Shown in pieces: positions 1 through 12,815 of a stretch of DNA of 64,000 nt. Made by a program: the position numbers and the translations under genes. The notes under the pieces were generated by a model, which saw nothing but the letters and a program-made list of their open reading frames with translations, was not told where the DNA came from and searched no databases. Source of the DNA: the human T2T-CHM13v2.0 reference genome, Homo sapiens; NCBI RefSeq assembly GCF_009914755.1, contig NC_060929.1; one strand, written 5' to 3'. The number at the start of each line of letters is the position of its first letter. Position 1 is the stretch's first letter.

Positions 1-2300
1 TAAATATATACACTGAATTATAATATATAGACTATATATTTTAAATTATATTAGTGTATCAATCATTTTGAATGAATCTATTATATATAATACATTATAT
101 ATAACTTATGTGTATATATATTCATCCAGAAGTAATGATTTAATCATTTGCTGATGCCAGGCACAGTGCTGGCCCTAAATAAGAGTGTTCAATCACTTTT
201 CCATTTAGACACTTGAAGAATTATATGTACTTCTGTGCAAAATAATGGCCCATCATGGTGATGGATTCTCAGTGGGTGAGGTTACATCAGGTGCTTACTC
301 AAACGTCATCTTACCTTCTTTCTTACTAATAGAATCTAATTTTGTTGGAGATGACAATGTGCCCATCTAGAAAATTAGTTCACAGCTTCTCCTGCAGCCA
401 GAAATGGCCATGAGGCAGTTTTGACCATTGAGATGTAAGTGGAAGTTGTTGTGTGGGACTCCTGGGAAAGTCCTTTAGAAGGAAACAGACCTAGACTCTA
501 TTGTATTTGGTACCCAAGAAGGCATACAAAGACATCTTCTTCCCTGGTGGTATATGGTATATGCAGATTTTCTCTGTATCCCTGCCCTTCCCCAGAGTAC
601 TTAGCTACATGGCATGATGCTTTGGAATGACAGACAATAACTACAGTCTATTACACCCAACTGCTTCCTACAAGAAGGAAATACTGGAAAATGCTGGTGA
701 CAGGGAGCCTCGGGCTCCATGGAAGGGATTCTTTTCCAGAGGCTCTCATAACCAGGCTGATCATGTTACTCCTCCATCAAACATCTTCAGTGGGTCCTGG
801 TGAACATTATATTTTGTTTCATCAAAGGTAACTACTTAATTTTAGGATAATATATATTGCAAATCTGTAATACACTTTTCACTTGTCAACAGGTATGCCA
901 CTTTTGTTTTTATTAAAATTTGATGTAGGCCTGTCTTTTTAAACTGTACTGTAAATTTTTTAAGGGCAGGGACCACATCCAGTACATTTTAAAGTTTCTC
1001 ATGACACTTAGATGCAGTAAGCACCCTCAATACTGACTGACTACCAGTGAAAATCATGTCAATTCTGTCATTTTGGTTCCTAACTTAAATAACATCTATA
1101 CAGAACATTATAATACATACATTGCTTTTTAAAAACTGGACAATTTCAAACATACACAAACGTAGACAGAAGAGTATAATAAACTCTTATTAAGTGAACC
1201 CATTACCCAACTTTAACAATTATCAACACCCCCTTTTCTTTTTACTAGAGTATGTTAAAACGAAATCAGACAACCTATCATTTTACATATACATACTTCA
1301 GTGTATGTATCTCACATATAAGGACTTTAAAATATATACATCTGCAATACAGTAATAATATCTAATATTAATAGTTTGTCTTTTAAAATTTAGTTCATGT
1401 TCAGTTATATCTGATTGTTATAAGAATGTCCTTTTATGATTTGGTTTGTTCAAATCAGGATTCAAATGACATTTGGTTAGTATATCTTAAGTCTTTCATC
1501 TACAAAAGTTGCCTTCTCTGGTTTTCTTTTTTTTTTTTTAATGTCATTTATTTATTGAAGAAACCAGGTCATTTGTTCTATGGAATTTCCTACATTTTGG
1601 ACTTGGCTGATGGTATCCTTTTTGTGTCTTTTAACTCTTATATATTGTATTTCCTGTAACTAGTAGTTTAGATACAGAGGATTTATTAGATTCAAGTTCA
1701 AAAATTTTTTTGCCACGAATACCTCAGAGTATTATAGTGTATTATGAGACAAAACATCTGGTTGTCCCACTTTGAATGATATTAAGATTGATCACTGGGT
1801 TCAGTCATATCAGCACAAGCCATCCCCATCAACCTTTCATCTAATTGTTTTAGCAACCAGTGATCATTAGCTAGTCCCATTTATTAGAGACAGTGGGGAT
1901 GGCAAAATATTCTTTTTTGTTAATTCTTTCCACTTAAAAAACCTTGCCTACTAACATACCACCAATTTTGAAATTCTGTACAACCTAAACACATAACTCA
2001 AATTCAAATTCCTTCATAGAGTCTTCCCTGTCTGCTAAGTGGCAGAACTGTCACTCATCTGGCACCTATCATCTACTGCCCTGTCACATAATTTCATCTG
2101 CCAGTTGGTAAGCTCCAGGAGATCCCAATTATGTTCTAAGTATCTTTGTATCCCAAAGATGAACACAGCACGTATACAAGAAATATGTAAAATAACTTTG
2201 ATTGGTGAGTATTCAAATTAAAAGTCACCAACCCATGCAAATACATGCAGCTAGATTCCAAAATGAAAAATATACACACGTATACATGCAATACCACAAA

Positions 2301-2306
2301 TTTATT
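2301..2306 (-). terminator. Distal polyadenylation signal AATAAA
   Basis: TTTATT on + strand; followed on the minus strand by TGCATGTATACGTGTGTATATTTTT (GU/U-rich downstream element). Confidence 0.75.
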
Positions 2307-3161
2307 ATAATACACAGGGAAAAACAAACTCAAACTTTGACAACATCCACAGAATGTTCCAGTCTTTAAAAAGTTAGCAGAAATAAAGGGTAATGGAAAG
2401 AATATAATCTCGTAATTTTATACTTAAGGCTGTAAATGGCAAAGTCCCATAGATATTTAAAAATCTATATTTGTATTTATTTATAATATAGATATAGGCC
2501 CTCAAGGATTCATAGAGATTTATGTAATAAACTAGATTTTGGAACTATTTATTTTGTTGTTGTTGTTGCTTGTTAGGTAAGCAAACCCAAACAAATTAAG
2601 TCCTGAAAAGTGGGATGAAATCCCAAAGGAACTCTATGTGACCACACAGAACTCTTTTAATAAATATGGCCCATACAAATTCCATATCCAGTGAAAATCA
2701 TTTTGATCCACAATCATGTTGATGTTTCTATGGAGGATACTTCTAGCAGCTGTGATTTCTTTTGTAGCATTCTGGCTCTCCACTTCTATTCATATAATTG
2801 AGTATGTGTTTTATTACATGTTAGCTTATAGGCAAGTTAAACATTTTAAAGACTACAGGGAGGTTAGGAGAGGTTGTATGATGAAGGTCGGAAAGTATGC
2901 AAGAAATAAACTCTCCTGTTTCATCTCTTTTATTTTTGCCTCATTTTGGTCTCTATACTACTTGGGTTCTTTGGAAATGGTGTGATTTCTAACAGCACCT
3001 AGCATACCTTCTCATTTTAGCACAGGTTAGATATGAAGAGCCAAACCTGGAAAACAGTTAAGGAGTCCTGAGACCTTTCCAGTGGAATAAATTAGAGCAG
3101 CAGTTTCATTTAGCTGTGCTCTTTTGTCCTTCATTCTTTATTTTCTAAAAATATAAAATTA

Positions 3162-3446
<285 letters not shown>

Positions 3447-5062
3447 TAATAAATTATATATATATATGTAATTACTCCCATTTATCAACCTTTACCTTCT
3501 CATGCTGTAATCAAGTAAAATCACAAAAGATCACTTAAAGGCAAATAACCTTATGAATCTGGTAAGTGTAAACATAAAAATACTTACTGTACACAGAGTA
3601 CAATAAGTATCTCTGTGTGTTCAAAATTAACTGGGGCTTTAAGTACTAATTGTTTAAAGTCCTACAAACATAAACAGTGCTTCAAAATTGAGTATAAATA
3701 AAAGAAGAAAAAAAATAGGGAAAAATTCACAAATGTCCAAATATTATTTCATGGACAAAACTCTACTGACTAATAGTTTTGATTCTCTGACAAGAAAATG
3801 TAAAAATAACAGAAAGAAACTAGCAATTTTAAAGAAACAAAGTGTATGCCAAACGAATTTCAGTCCTTCATTACATGGTTTATAGGTCTGGAAACAGAAA
3901 TCCAGGTTGTTAATTAATTCATAATTCCAGAAAATGTTTTATTGTTCAGTGTATCTATAACATTAATTATATAATATATTACTATTATGTAGTCTGTCTG
4001 TCTCTCTCTCAAAGTAGAACAGCCCTTGCTTACATAATCAATTTTCCCCTGGATATTCTCTGTGCCACAATTTGCCTCTAGTTGCTTCACAGCCACTCTA
4101 ACTCATATCTGGAAACTGTGTACAATGGGTAATATTATTTATGATTTAAGGGTAGTACCTGTAGTGTGCTAATAATATGAACATTTAAGTATCTAACCTA
4201 TATATTTCACCAAGATAATAATTTAAACCATGACAATGTAAGAAAGTGATGTGATACTATAACAGACAACAGGTTTTTCCCACTGAACTACACAATACTT
4301 TTTTCATTGACAAATTCACCTCTTTCCAGAGATATACAAAGTTAATTGTAAAACAGTAATAGCAAAGTATTCATTAACCCATTAAAACAAATCACCTTGT
4401 TTTGAAAATAATCAACTGAATGAAACTTGGTATCAAGTGTACTAACCCAAAGGATTGCTACTTTGAAACAGTTTGTACAACAAATGGGTTGTGAGGAAGT
4501 CTTATCAGCAAAACTGGTGATGGCTACTGAAAAGATCCATTGAAAATTATCATTAATGATTTTAAATGACAAGTTATCAAAAACTCACTCAATTTTCACC
4601 TGTGCTAGCTTGCTAAAATGGGAGTTAACTCTAGAGCAAATATAGTATCTTCTGAATACAGTCAATAAATGACAAAGCCAGGGCCTACAGGTGGTTTCCA
4701 GACTTTCCAGACCCAGCAGAAGGAATCTATTTTATCACATGGATCTCCGTCTGTGCTCAAAATACCTAATGATATTTTTCATCTTTATTGGACTTCTTTG
4801 AAGAGTACTGTATTGCTTCATATCTTTTTTTCACTGCAACAAAATGTTTTAAACAAAACCTTTGGATTAGGTTTAAAAGCAGCTAAAAAAACAAAAACAA
4901 AAACAAAAACAAATTCTGGCTGCTGTAGGCTCTAATTATCAGAAGACTGTTATCTGGAAGCTTCGGGCTCTCAAATATCAGACATCCCAATAACTTACCA
5001 TAAAAATACAAGCTCTTAGTTTTGAAAAATATACAAAATGCACTGCATAGGTAAATATCTCT

Positions 5063-5070
5063 TGATTGTC
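5063..5070 (-). promoter_or_regulatory. miR-219-5p 8mer seed match (GACAAUCA) in the proximal 3'UTR
   Basis: + strand TGATTGTC equals miR-219-5p nt 1-8 (UGAUUGUC); ELOVL7 is a reported miR-219 target in oligodendrocytes. Confidence 0.8.
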
Positions 5071-5115
5071 AAGGAAGACAATGTATCAGTTTCGATCATA
5101 GACTTATGTTGGGCT

Positions 5116-5325
5116 TCAATTATCTTTGTTTTTGCAAGTTCCATTTTTCACAGTTTTGGGCAACCTCTGACCTTTGGTGTAAGCACGGTACCAAAAATGG
5201 AGAAAGAGCAGCAGAAACATGAAACTGTAACTCATAATGATGCACGCAAAGACTGGAAACTGATACTTGCAATCCTCCATGAAAAAGAACTGGCTTATGT
5301 GGATGGCGACAATAACAAACTGGAC
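5116..5325 (-). CDS. ELOVL7: ELOVL7 last coding exon (210 nt incl. TGA): VQFVIVAIHISQFFF...KNGTCKNKDN*
   Basis: Acceptor TTCTTAG|; TGA at 5118-5116; C-terminal KxKxx ER-retrieval-type motif; exon lengths 64+191+81+57+106+137+210 = 846 nt = 281 aa + stop. Confidence 0.97.
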   Translation of the reverse strand, partial: VQFVIVAIHISQFFFMEDCKYQFPVFACIIMSYSFMFLLLFLHFWYRAYTKGQRLPKTVKNGTCKNKDN

Positions 5326-5868
5326 CTAAGAAATGAAAACGTGAAAAAAAATTATTCAGATATGAAGAGTTAACAATTCTTTACCTACCTATGTTTATGC
5401 ACTCCCAAAGTGCAGGGAGTGCACTATTGGGCAAAGAAGTCCATCTTTAAATCTAGCCTCCCTGAGAGTGATAATGGGTGGTATAATGTCAAAAGCCAGT
5501 TGGAAGTATGGATCCACTATTCAGAACCACAAAATTGCACAACCGCAGGGTCTATATTTAAATGTTCCCTGGAGCTGTGCAGTGCAGCAACCTTTTTACT
5601 ACTCAGAGAATCAACAGAGCAGGTTTTCTCTAACAGTCTCTGACTTGAGTCCTTGACTATGATGAAATGACCATGCACTACATGTGGCCTATTTTTTCAG
5701 TATGATTTCAATTTCAAATATTCTGTCCTGTTATTGGACCAGATATTTTAATTTTTGGAAAATAATAACATTTTACTTAGAGCCCCTGGAATTTTTTAGT
5801 AGTTAAAGCATCTCGGAGTCCTTATACCTGCCACTTGTCCTCCACTGTCACAGATAAAAATGTGTCTA

Positions 5869-6283
<415 letters not shown>

Positions 6284-8000
6284 CTAGGCTAATATTCAGA
6301 TTTTCTGGTTATCATGTTTTCCCTGATTAAAAAGCAATATGTGTTCTGTGGAAATCTTAGAAAAGTAAAACTCTATAAAGAAATAGACAACAATTACTCA
6401 CAATCTGTCTAGTTAAAATCATGGTTAAGATTTTCATATAGTTTATTTTATTATCATTTTATCCTTGTCATCATCAACTTTCCTTGCATTATCTTAATGT
6501 ATATTTATGACATTCCCACAACATAGCCACTTATTCCTCTCATTTTCCAAAAGAGAAAACAAAACTTTAGGAAGGCTAAACGATATCCTTAACATTCTAT
6601 GCATGTGTATGTTTGTGTATAATAGACATATTTGAGAATATGATGAAAAAATGTCCATCCTATTCTTTCTACATCAGTATTTTTTCACGTTATTAAAAAG
6701 TTTGTACATTTAAGAGTATGCTGAGAAAAAAAAGCCTAAATACAAAATACAAAATTATATATGCAATACTATACAAAAAATGTAAAAGGTGTACACATAT
6801 GCCTGAGAGAAAAACTGGATGAAAACCAAATAAAAATATCAGTGATTATCCCTGGGTGGCAGAATTCCATGTATTTTTTTCTCTTTGCTTAATTAGGTGT
6901 TCTCACGTATTTGCAATGAGCATATACTACTTTGAGAAAATAATATTTTTTAAAGAAGCAATGGTGAGTAATTTTCATGACTTCATAGTATTTCAAAGTA
7001 TGAATTAAAATAATATATTTTACCATATCCTTATGATTGGTCATTTAGTTTGCTGCCAATTTCAAATACAACAAATAACTCTGCAAGGAAATACTCTGAT
7101 CTTGATTTAGGATCCTTATCCATTAAAATATCAACCTCTCACCTGGAAGAACACATTATATGAATGTGCCAAATTTCATGTAGGAAGTTACAGGATTTTA
7201 ATAAAAAATTAATCTTCACCACGCCATCTAAACCAAATTCATACTTTCTCATTGGTGTTACTGGCAGAATATGACATCAATTTATTATAGACTGCAAATG
7301 TGGAAATGCAAGGGTGGCAGATTTCTCCTTTTAATAGACACCAATAAAATGTAAAGCAAATCATCATCTCAAACCCATAATGAGTCTCCAAAAAAATTAA
7401 ATATCATATATTTTGAGAATTAATGCTTAGAATGCATTATTAGGTCTAAACTGAGTGCCTCTGGCTCTTTCAAACATTGCTTATATAAGGGCAGTATTCA
7501 AATTTAGGTAATACATATATGTTGGTCTAACCCTCTACGTTTTTAATTCTCACAGTGCTTTTTATTGACTGGAGGGAAGATGGACTTATAAATGTTGGGA
7601 CTATATAGGTAAGCACACAGGAAGGCTCATCGTTCCCTCAAAGTTGCATTCCCTCAAGGTCATTTAGATCTAACGGAATTTCTAATTTCTAATAGGTATT
7701 ATGCCTATTGAGGGTCACATAACGTTGGAGTTATCTTAATCACAAATGTATTTATTCTTGTATAAATGCATAATATAAAGATGGCACAAAAATACACATG
7801 CTTGTTTAACTGTCTGAGCCTCTTGGTTACCAAAGTTCATCTAACATATTAAGAACCATGATGGCATATCATGTAGGGGCCAGAAGCTCTACCCCTATTG
7901 TTTTGTCTTTCTTCTTTATTTAACCAGTATCCTAATTCACAGTGAAAACAAGTGACTCTAGCTGCTTCATATATGGTTTTAAAGACAATTAATTACTCAC

Positions 8001-8137
8001 AAGCTGTAATGATGTCAAATATTTTTTCCACCACAAATACTTCTGGTAGGCTGGCCCCAATGCAGAAAGTCCATAGTAGGAATACATGACTACATGTACA
8101 GCTGTATTTAGAAGGGCATGGAATGTTCCCAAACCAC
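8001..8137 (-). CDS. ELOVL7: ELOVL7 coding exon 6 (137 nt): [46 protein letters not shown]
   Basis: ELO motifs NxxxHxxMYxYY and TxxQ; acceptor TTTCCAG|, donor CTT|GTGAGT. Confidence 0.97.
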
Positions 8138-10101
8138 CTGGAAAATAAAATTATTGTAACATGGGGCCATTGTTCCTTAAAATGAACCACATTTTCATCT
8201 GAACTGAGATTTTTGTATAATTATTTCTTGCATTTTGGAAAAAAATATATAAAATATCAATCCTGTTAAACAACTATCAAATTAGAGGGGGCTGGATAGT
8301 ATATTTAGTAAAATATAAGATATGAACCTGAGAAAGTAAATTAGCGTATCTTTATTTTGTTATATCTTAGCTTAAGGTGGTCTTATGATTTGAATTTACT
8401 TACACTTAGTTGAGTTACCTTTTAAATATAATATGTTGCTAAATAATAGTAATAATGTTCATATTGTAGTGAGGTTTAACATATAAAAAGTATACAAAGT
8501 ACATTAATCTTAACTTGATGATTTTTCATGTATGTATACACCCATGTCACTACCAAGATCAAGATACAGAACATTTCCAACACCACATAAGATTCCCATG
8601 TGCTCCTTCCAAGAATATACCCCTCCCAAGGTAGCTTTACTCTAACTTCTTATTACCAACTATTACTTTTGTCTGCTATTAAACTTCACATAAATGGAAT
8701 TACACAGGATGTACTCTTTTGTACCTGGTACATATATTGGTAGTTTGTGTTTTTACTACTGTGTTTATACCATATAAACGCATCACTAATTACCCATTCT
8801 CCTATTGACAGACATGTGGGTTGCTTCCAATTTGGGCTATTCTGAATAAAGCTGCTAAGAATATTTTTTTATATGTCATTGTGTGCAATCAAATTTACTT
8901 TTCCTACTCTCAATAATCTTCATTAAATAATTTTGGCAGTAAAACCACTGGCTTTCACTAGCAAACTGCTGAATTTAATTAATTATTGTTTTCCCAAAGT
9001 AAATATCTACTAACTGTGAAACCATCCTTATTTACGGCTTCCAATTGATTATGCCTTCCTATTTTGGTTTTCTTCTTCTCATTTCGCCACATTTCCTACC
9101 CATCACCTTCAATTGAGAATAGAAGCAAAGAACACGTGGGAATGTAAGAAAAAATCATTTCAATTGTCTTTAGCTGGACCAGTAATACAGCAGAAGGGGA
9201 AACGGTGTTTAGCTGATAGTGTGGCGGGAGGAACACTCTCCCTGGGGTCCGTTTCCTAAGACGACAATCTGGAAGAATATGTGTTCTTTATGTATAGCCT
9301 GACTCAGCTTAGTAATGTTGACCTGGAATTTACATTTTTCTCTAAAACATTCTATTTTCTTAATTCCAGTATTCTTTAATTCTAGAAATAAAGCAAACCC
9401 TCATCAATTTAGATTATGGTAGGAGAAGAACTGAATTCATAAACACTATGAATTACAGAAAGTTTAAAGGAAAATACAAATTCATCACTTCTAATATGAT
9501 CTGGAGAAAATCTAACAAAACTGTTACACAGTAGAAATTGCTTTTAAATAATTATTCCTAATTGCAGCAATTCTAGATATTTCTAGATACTAGCACTGCT
9601 GAAGTACTCTGTTAAAATAACCTGTTTTAAATAATTACTTTTAAGCAGTTAAGTATTCTCCCAAAGCCTCATTTATGCTATACTGTTCTACATAAACTTT
9701 CTCCTCCTGACAAGAGAAAGCCATATTTTAGCTAATCCCTCAATTACCATAAATTTCAAGTCAGAAGGAACTGAATTAATTAAGCGTATTAACAACTTTC
9801 CAGCTTGTATTATTTATATTTGGAATGGTCTTCTTTCCCAAAGGAAATTTGAATAAACACATTATTGTGGTATAAGAACACCTTTTCTAGGTTAATTTAA
9901 AAATAGAATAGTTGTCTACTTCTGATAGTTGAGGAGTCAAGGTGCTTAAAAGGAGGATAAGCCAAATACCTCTCAAATTCATTTGTGTTTCATAATAATA
10001 TACACATAGGACATCTATTTCACCTTTGATATGGAACTATGTCAGAGCTTTTCTAACTAAGACACCTCTCCTGTTATTTAATAGAGGCGTGCCTATTTTC
10101 T

Positions 10102-11335
10102 TTTTTTTTTTAATTTGTCTAAAGTTTTTTTTATTTATTATTATTATACTTTAAGTTTTAGGGTACATGTGCACAATGTGCAGGTTAGTTACATATGTAT
10201 ACATGTGCCACGCTGGTGTGCTGCACCCATTAACTTGTCATTTAGCATTAGGTATATCTCCTAATGCTATCCCTCTCCCGTCCCCCAACCCCACAGCAGT
10301 CCCCAGAGTGTGATGTTCCCCCTCCTGTGTCCATGTGTTCTCATTGTTCAATTCCCACCTATGAGTGAGAATATGAGGTGTTTGGTTTTTTGTTCTTGCA
10401 ATAGTTTACTGAGAATGATGATTTCCAATTTCATCCATGTCCCTACAAAGGACATGAACTCATCAATTTTTATGGCTGCATAGTATTCCATGGTATATAT
10501 GTGCCACATTTTCCTAATCCAGTCTATCATTGTTGGACATTTGGGTTGGTTCCAAGTCTTTGTTATTGTGAATAGTGCCGCAATAAACATACGTGTGCAT
10601 GTGTCTTTATAGCAGCATGATTTATAGTCCTTTGGGTACATACCCAGTAATGGGATGGCTGGGTCAAATGGTATTTCTAGTTCTAGATCCCTGAGGAATC
10701 GCCACACTGACTTCCACAGTGGTTGAACTAGTTTACAGTCCCACCAACAGTGTGAAAGTGTTCCTATTTCTTCGCATCCTCTCCAGCACCTGTTGTTTCC
10801 TGACCTTTTAATGATTGCCATTCTAACTGGTGTGAGACAGTATCTCATTGTGGTTTTGATTTGCATTTCTCTGATGGCTAGTGATGGTGAGCATTTTTTC
10901 ATGTGTTTTTTGGCTGCATAAATGTCTTCTTTTGAGAAGTGTCTGTTCATGTCCTTCGCCCACTTTTTGATGGGGTTGTTTGTTTTCTTCTTGTAAATTT
11001 GTTTGAGTTCATTGTAGATTCTGGATATTAGCCCTTTGTCAGATGGGTAGGTTGTGAATATTTTCTCCCATTTTGTAGGTCGCCTGTTCACTCTGATGGT
11101 AGTTTCTTTTGCTGTGCAGAAGCTCTTTAGTTTAATTACATCCCATTTGTCAATTTTGGCTTTTGTTGCCATTGCTTTTGGTGTTGTAGACATGAAGTCC
11201 TTGCCCATGCCTATGTCCTGAATGGTAATGCTTAGGTTTTCTTCTAGGGTTTTCATGGTTTTAGATCTAATGTTTAAGTCTTTAATCCATCTTGAATTAA
11301 TTTTTGTATCAGGTGTAAGGAAGGGATCCAGTTTC
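10102..11335 (-). mobile_element. 5'-truncated young primate L1 (L1PA2/3-like), ~1.2 kb, ORF2 C-terminus open
   Basis: ORF 10348..11256 is the L1 ORF2 C-terminus (cysteine-rich CWRGC..HCWWDC, ends LIGGN*); L1 3'UTR, A-tail; ~17-bp TSD AGG(C/A)GTGCCTATTTTCT at 10085-10101 and 11336-11352. Confidence 0.95.
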
Positions 11336-12023
11336 AGGAGTGCCTATTTTCTATTTGGATATTTTCACCATTAAATATCCTAAAATGAGGATCTTAGACA
11401 CAGGGATTTAACAAAGCACTAGTGTAGCCAAGAGTGTTTAGTAAGGTTTACTGATCAAAATAAGCTATCAAATAAAAGTAACATGTTTACTTTCTCTAGT
11501 TATGATTATTTTCTGACAAGCTATTTTAATATTTACAAAACAACCATATTTTAATTAATAATGTTTTTTGTATCTTCTTTGGAAGGCTTTCCTAACAAAA
11601 TATTTTCTAAGCCTGTTTTCTTCTTTATGATAATGGGTCTGTAAACAGACATCTCAGAATGAATTACGATTAGTACCATCACATTTTACTCCTTTGGAAA
11701 AAACAAAGGAATCACCTGGGTAATTATCACAATTCTCCATATCTCTGGAAGGGGATATATGCACAATTAATGTAAAAACCTACCACAGAAATATCTTCAT
11801 CCTATTCAAAAGAATAGCTGGATTGCTATTACCCCATTGAGGAGTACAACAGAAAAATAGGAAATTAAATACTAGATAGAGATCAGCTGTGCTCAAGTTT
11901 TTGCAAAAATCAGTTTGGAATGGACAGTTTCATTCTAGGAATGGACCTCAGTGCCAAACAACATTTCTGGGAACAGCTTTTGTTGCTGTGCTTGTCACTG
12001 AAATAGGTATCAGGTCTGCTGAA

Positions 12024-12076
12024 TAAACCTCTATTATTTACTCTATCAAAGTAACTCTTTTATCAGACATATTTCT
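12024..12076 (-). pseudogene. NUMT: 3'-truncated mitochondrial tRNA-Ile (GAU)
   Basis: AGAAATATGTCTGATAAAAGAGTTACTTTGATAGAGTAAATAATAGAGGTTTA directly after ND1; lacks the 3' T-arm and acceptor strand. Confidence 0.93.
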
Positions 12077-12516
12077 TAGGTTTGGGGGGAATATTGGAGA
12101 TTGTGACGGGTATTGAAATATACCATATGAAAAATGCCAGTGTGAGTGGCAGACAGTTTTTTCATAAAAGGTATATAAGCTGATCGTAGCAGAATTGGGG
12201 GTATGCTGTTTGAATTCATAAAAATAGGGAGGTTAGGAGGACAGTTTTAATAGTAAAATATATCGTATAGAGTTCTGGTGAATAAATAGTGCATAGTGCT
12301 CCTAGAAAAATTGTAGCAGTTAGGGCATTTATTATAATAATGTTTATATACTCAGCTATAAAGAAGAGGGCAAATGGGCCTGCGGCATATTCGATATTGA
12401 AGCCTGAGACTAATTCTGATTCTCCTTCTGTAAGATCGAAGGGGGCTCGGTTAGTTTCTGCTAGTGTGGAGATAAATCATATTATGGCTAGGGGTCATGA
12501 TGGTAGGAGTAGTCAG
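12077..12516 (-). pseudogene. NUMT: 3' part of mitochondrial ND1
   Basis: In the vertebrate mitochondrial code reads [56 protein letters not shown]...LWKN.LPLTLA; ends with the incomplete TA stop abutting tRNA-Ile as in mtDNA. Confidence 0.96.
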
Positions 12517-12703
12517 TGTTTACTAGAATTCCACATGTAAGACTGAACAGAAGTGCCAATGCATGGAACATATGAGAGAGAAGAAAACTATCTTCTACTA
12601 TTCTCATTTTGTAAAGAAGAAGAAGGATTAAGGTGTGGACAAGAAACCCGTTATAAAGTGACTGATGTCCATAAACATAGTACCACTTAAAAACTGAGGT
12701 ATG

Positions 12704-12815
12704 TCGCTTGAACCTGGGAAGCGGAGGTTGCAGTGAGCCGAGATCACACCACTGCACTCCACCCTGGACAACAAGAGTGAAACTCTGCCTCAAAAAAAAA
12801 AAAAAAAAAAAAAAA
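12704..12815 (+). mobile_element. 5'-truncated Alu (part of right arm)
   Basis: A-tail; TSD AAAACTGAGGTAT/AAAATTGAAGTAT. Confidence 0.9.

Noticed and set aside
5038-5373. 111-aa plus-strand ORF
   Set aside because: Antisense to the last ELOVL7 coding exon; no independent support
12024-12076. Functional tRNA-Ile gene
   Set aside because: Mitochondrial type, 3'-truncated and unable to form the acceptor stem
12289-12540. Plus-strand 83-aa ORF
   Set aside because: Antisense shadow of the ND1 NUMT
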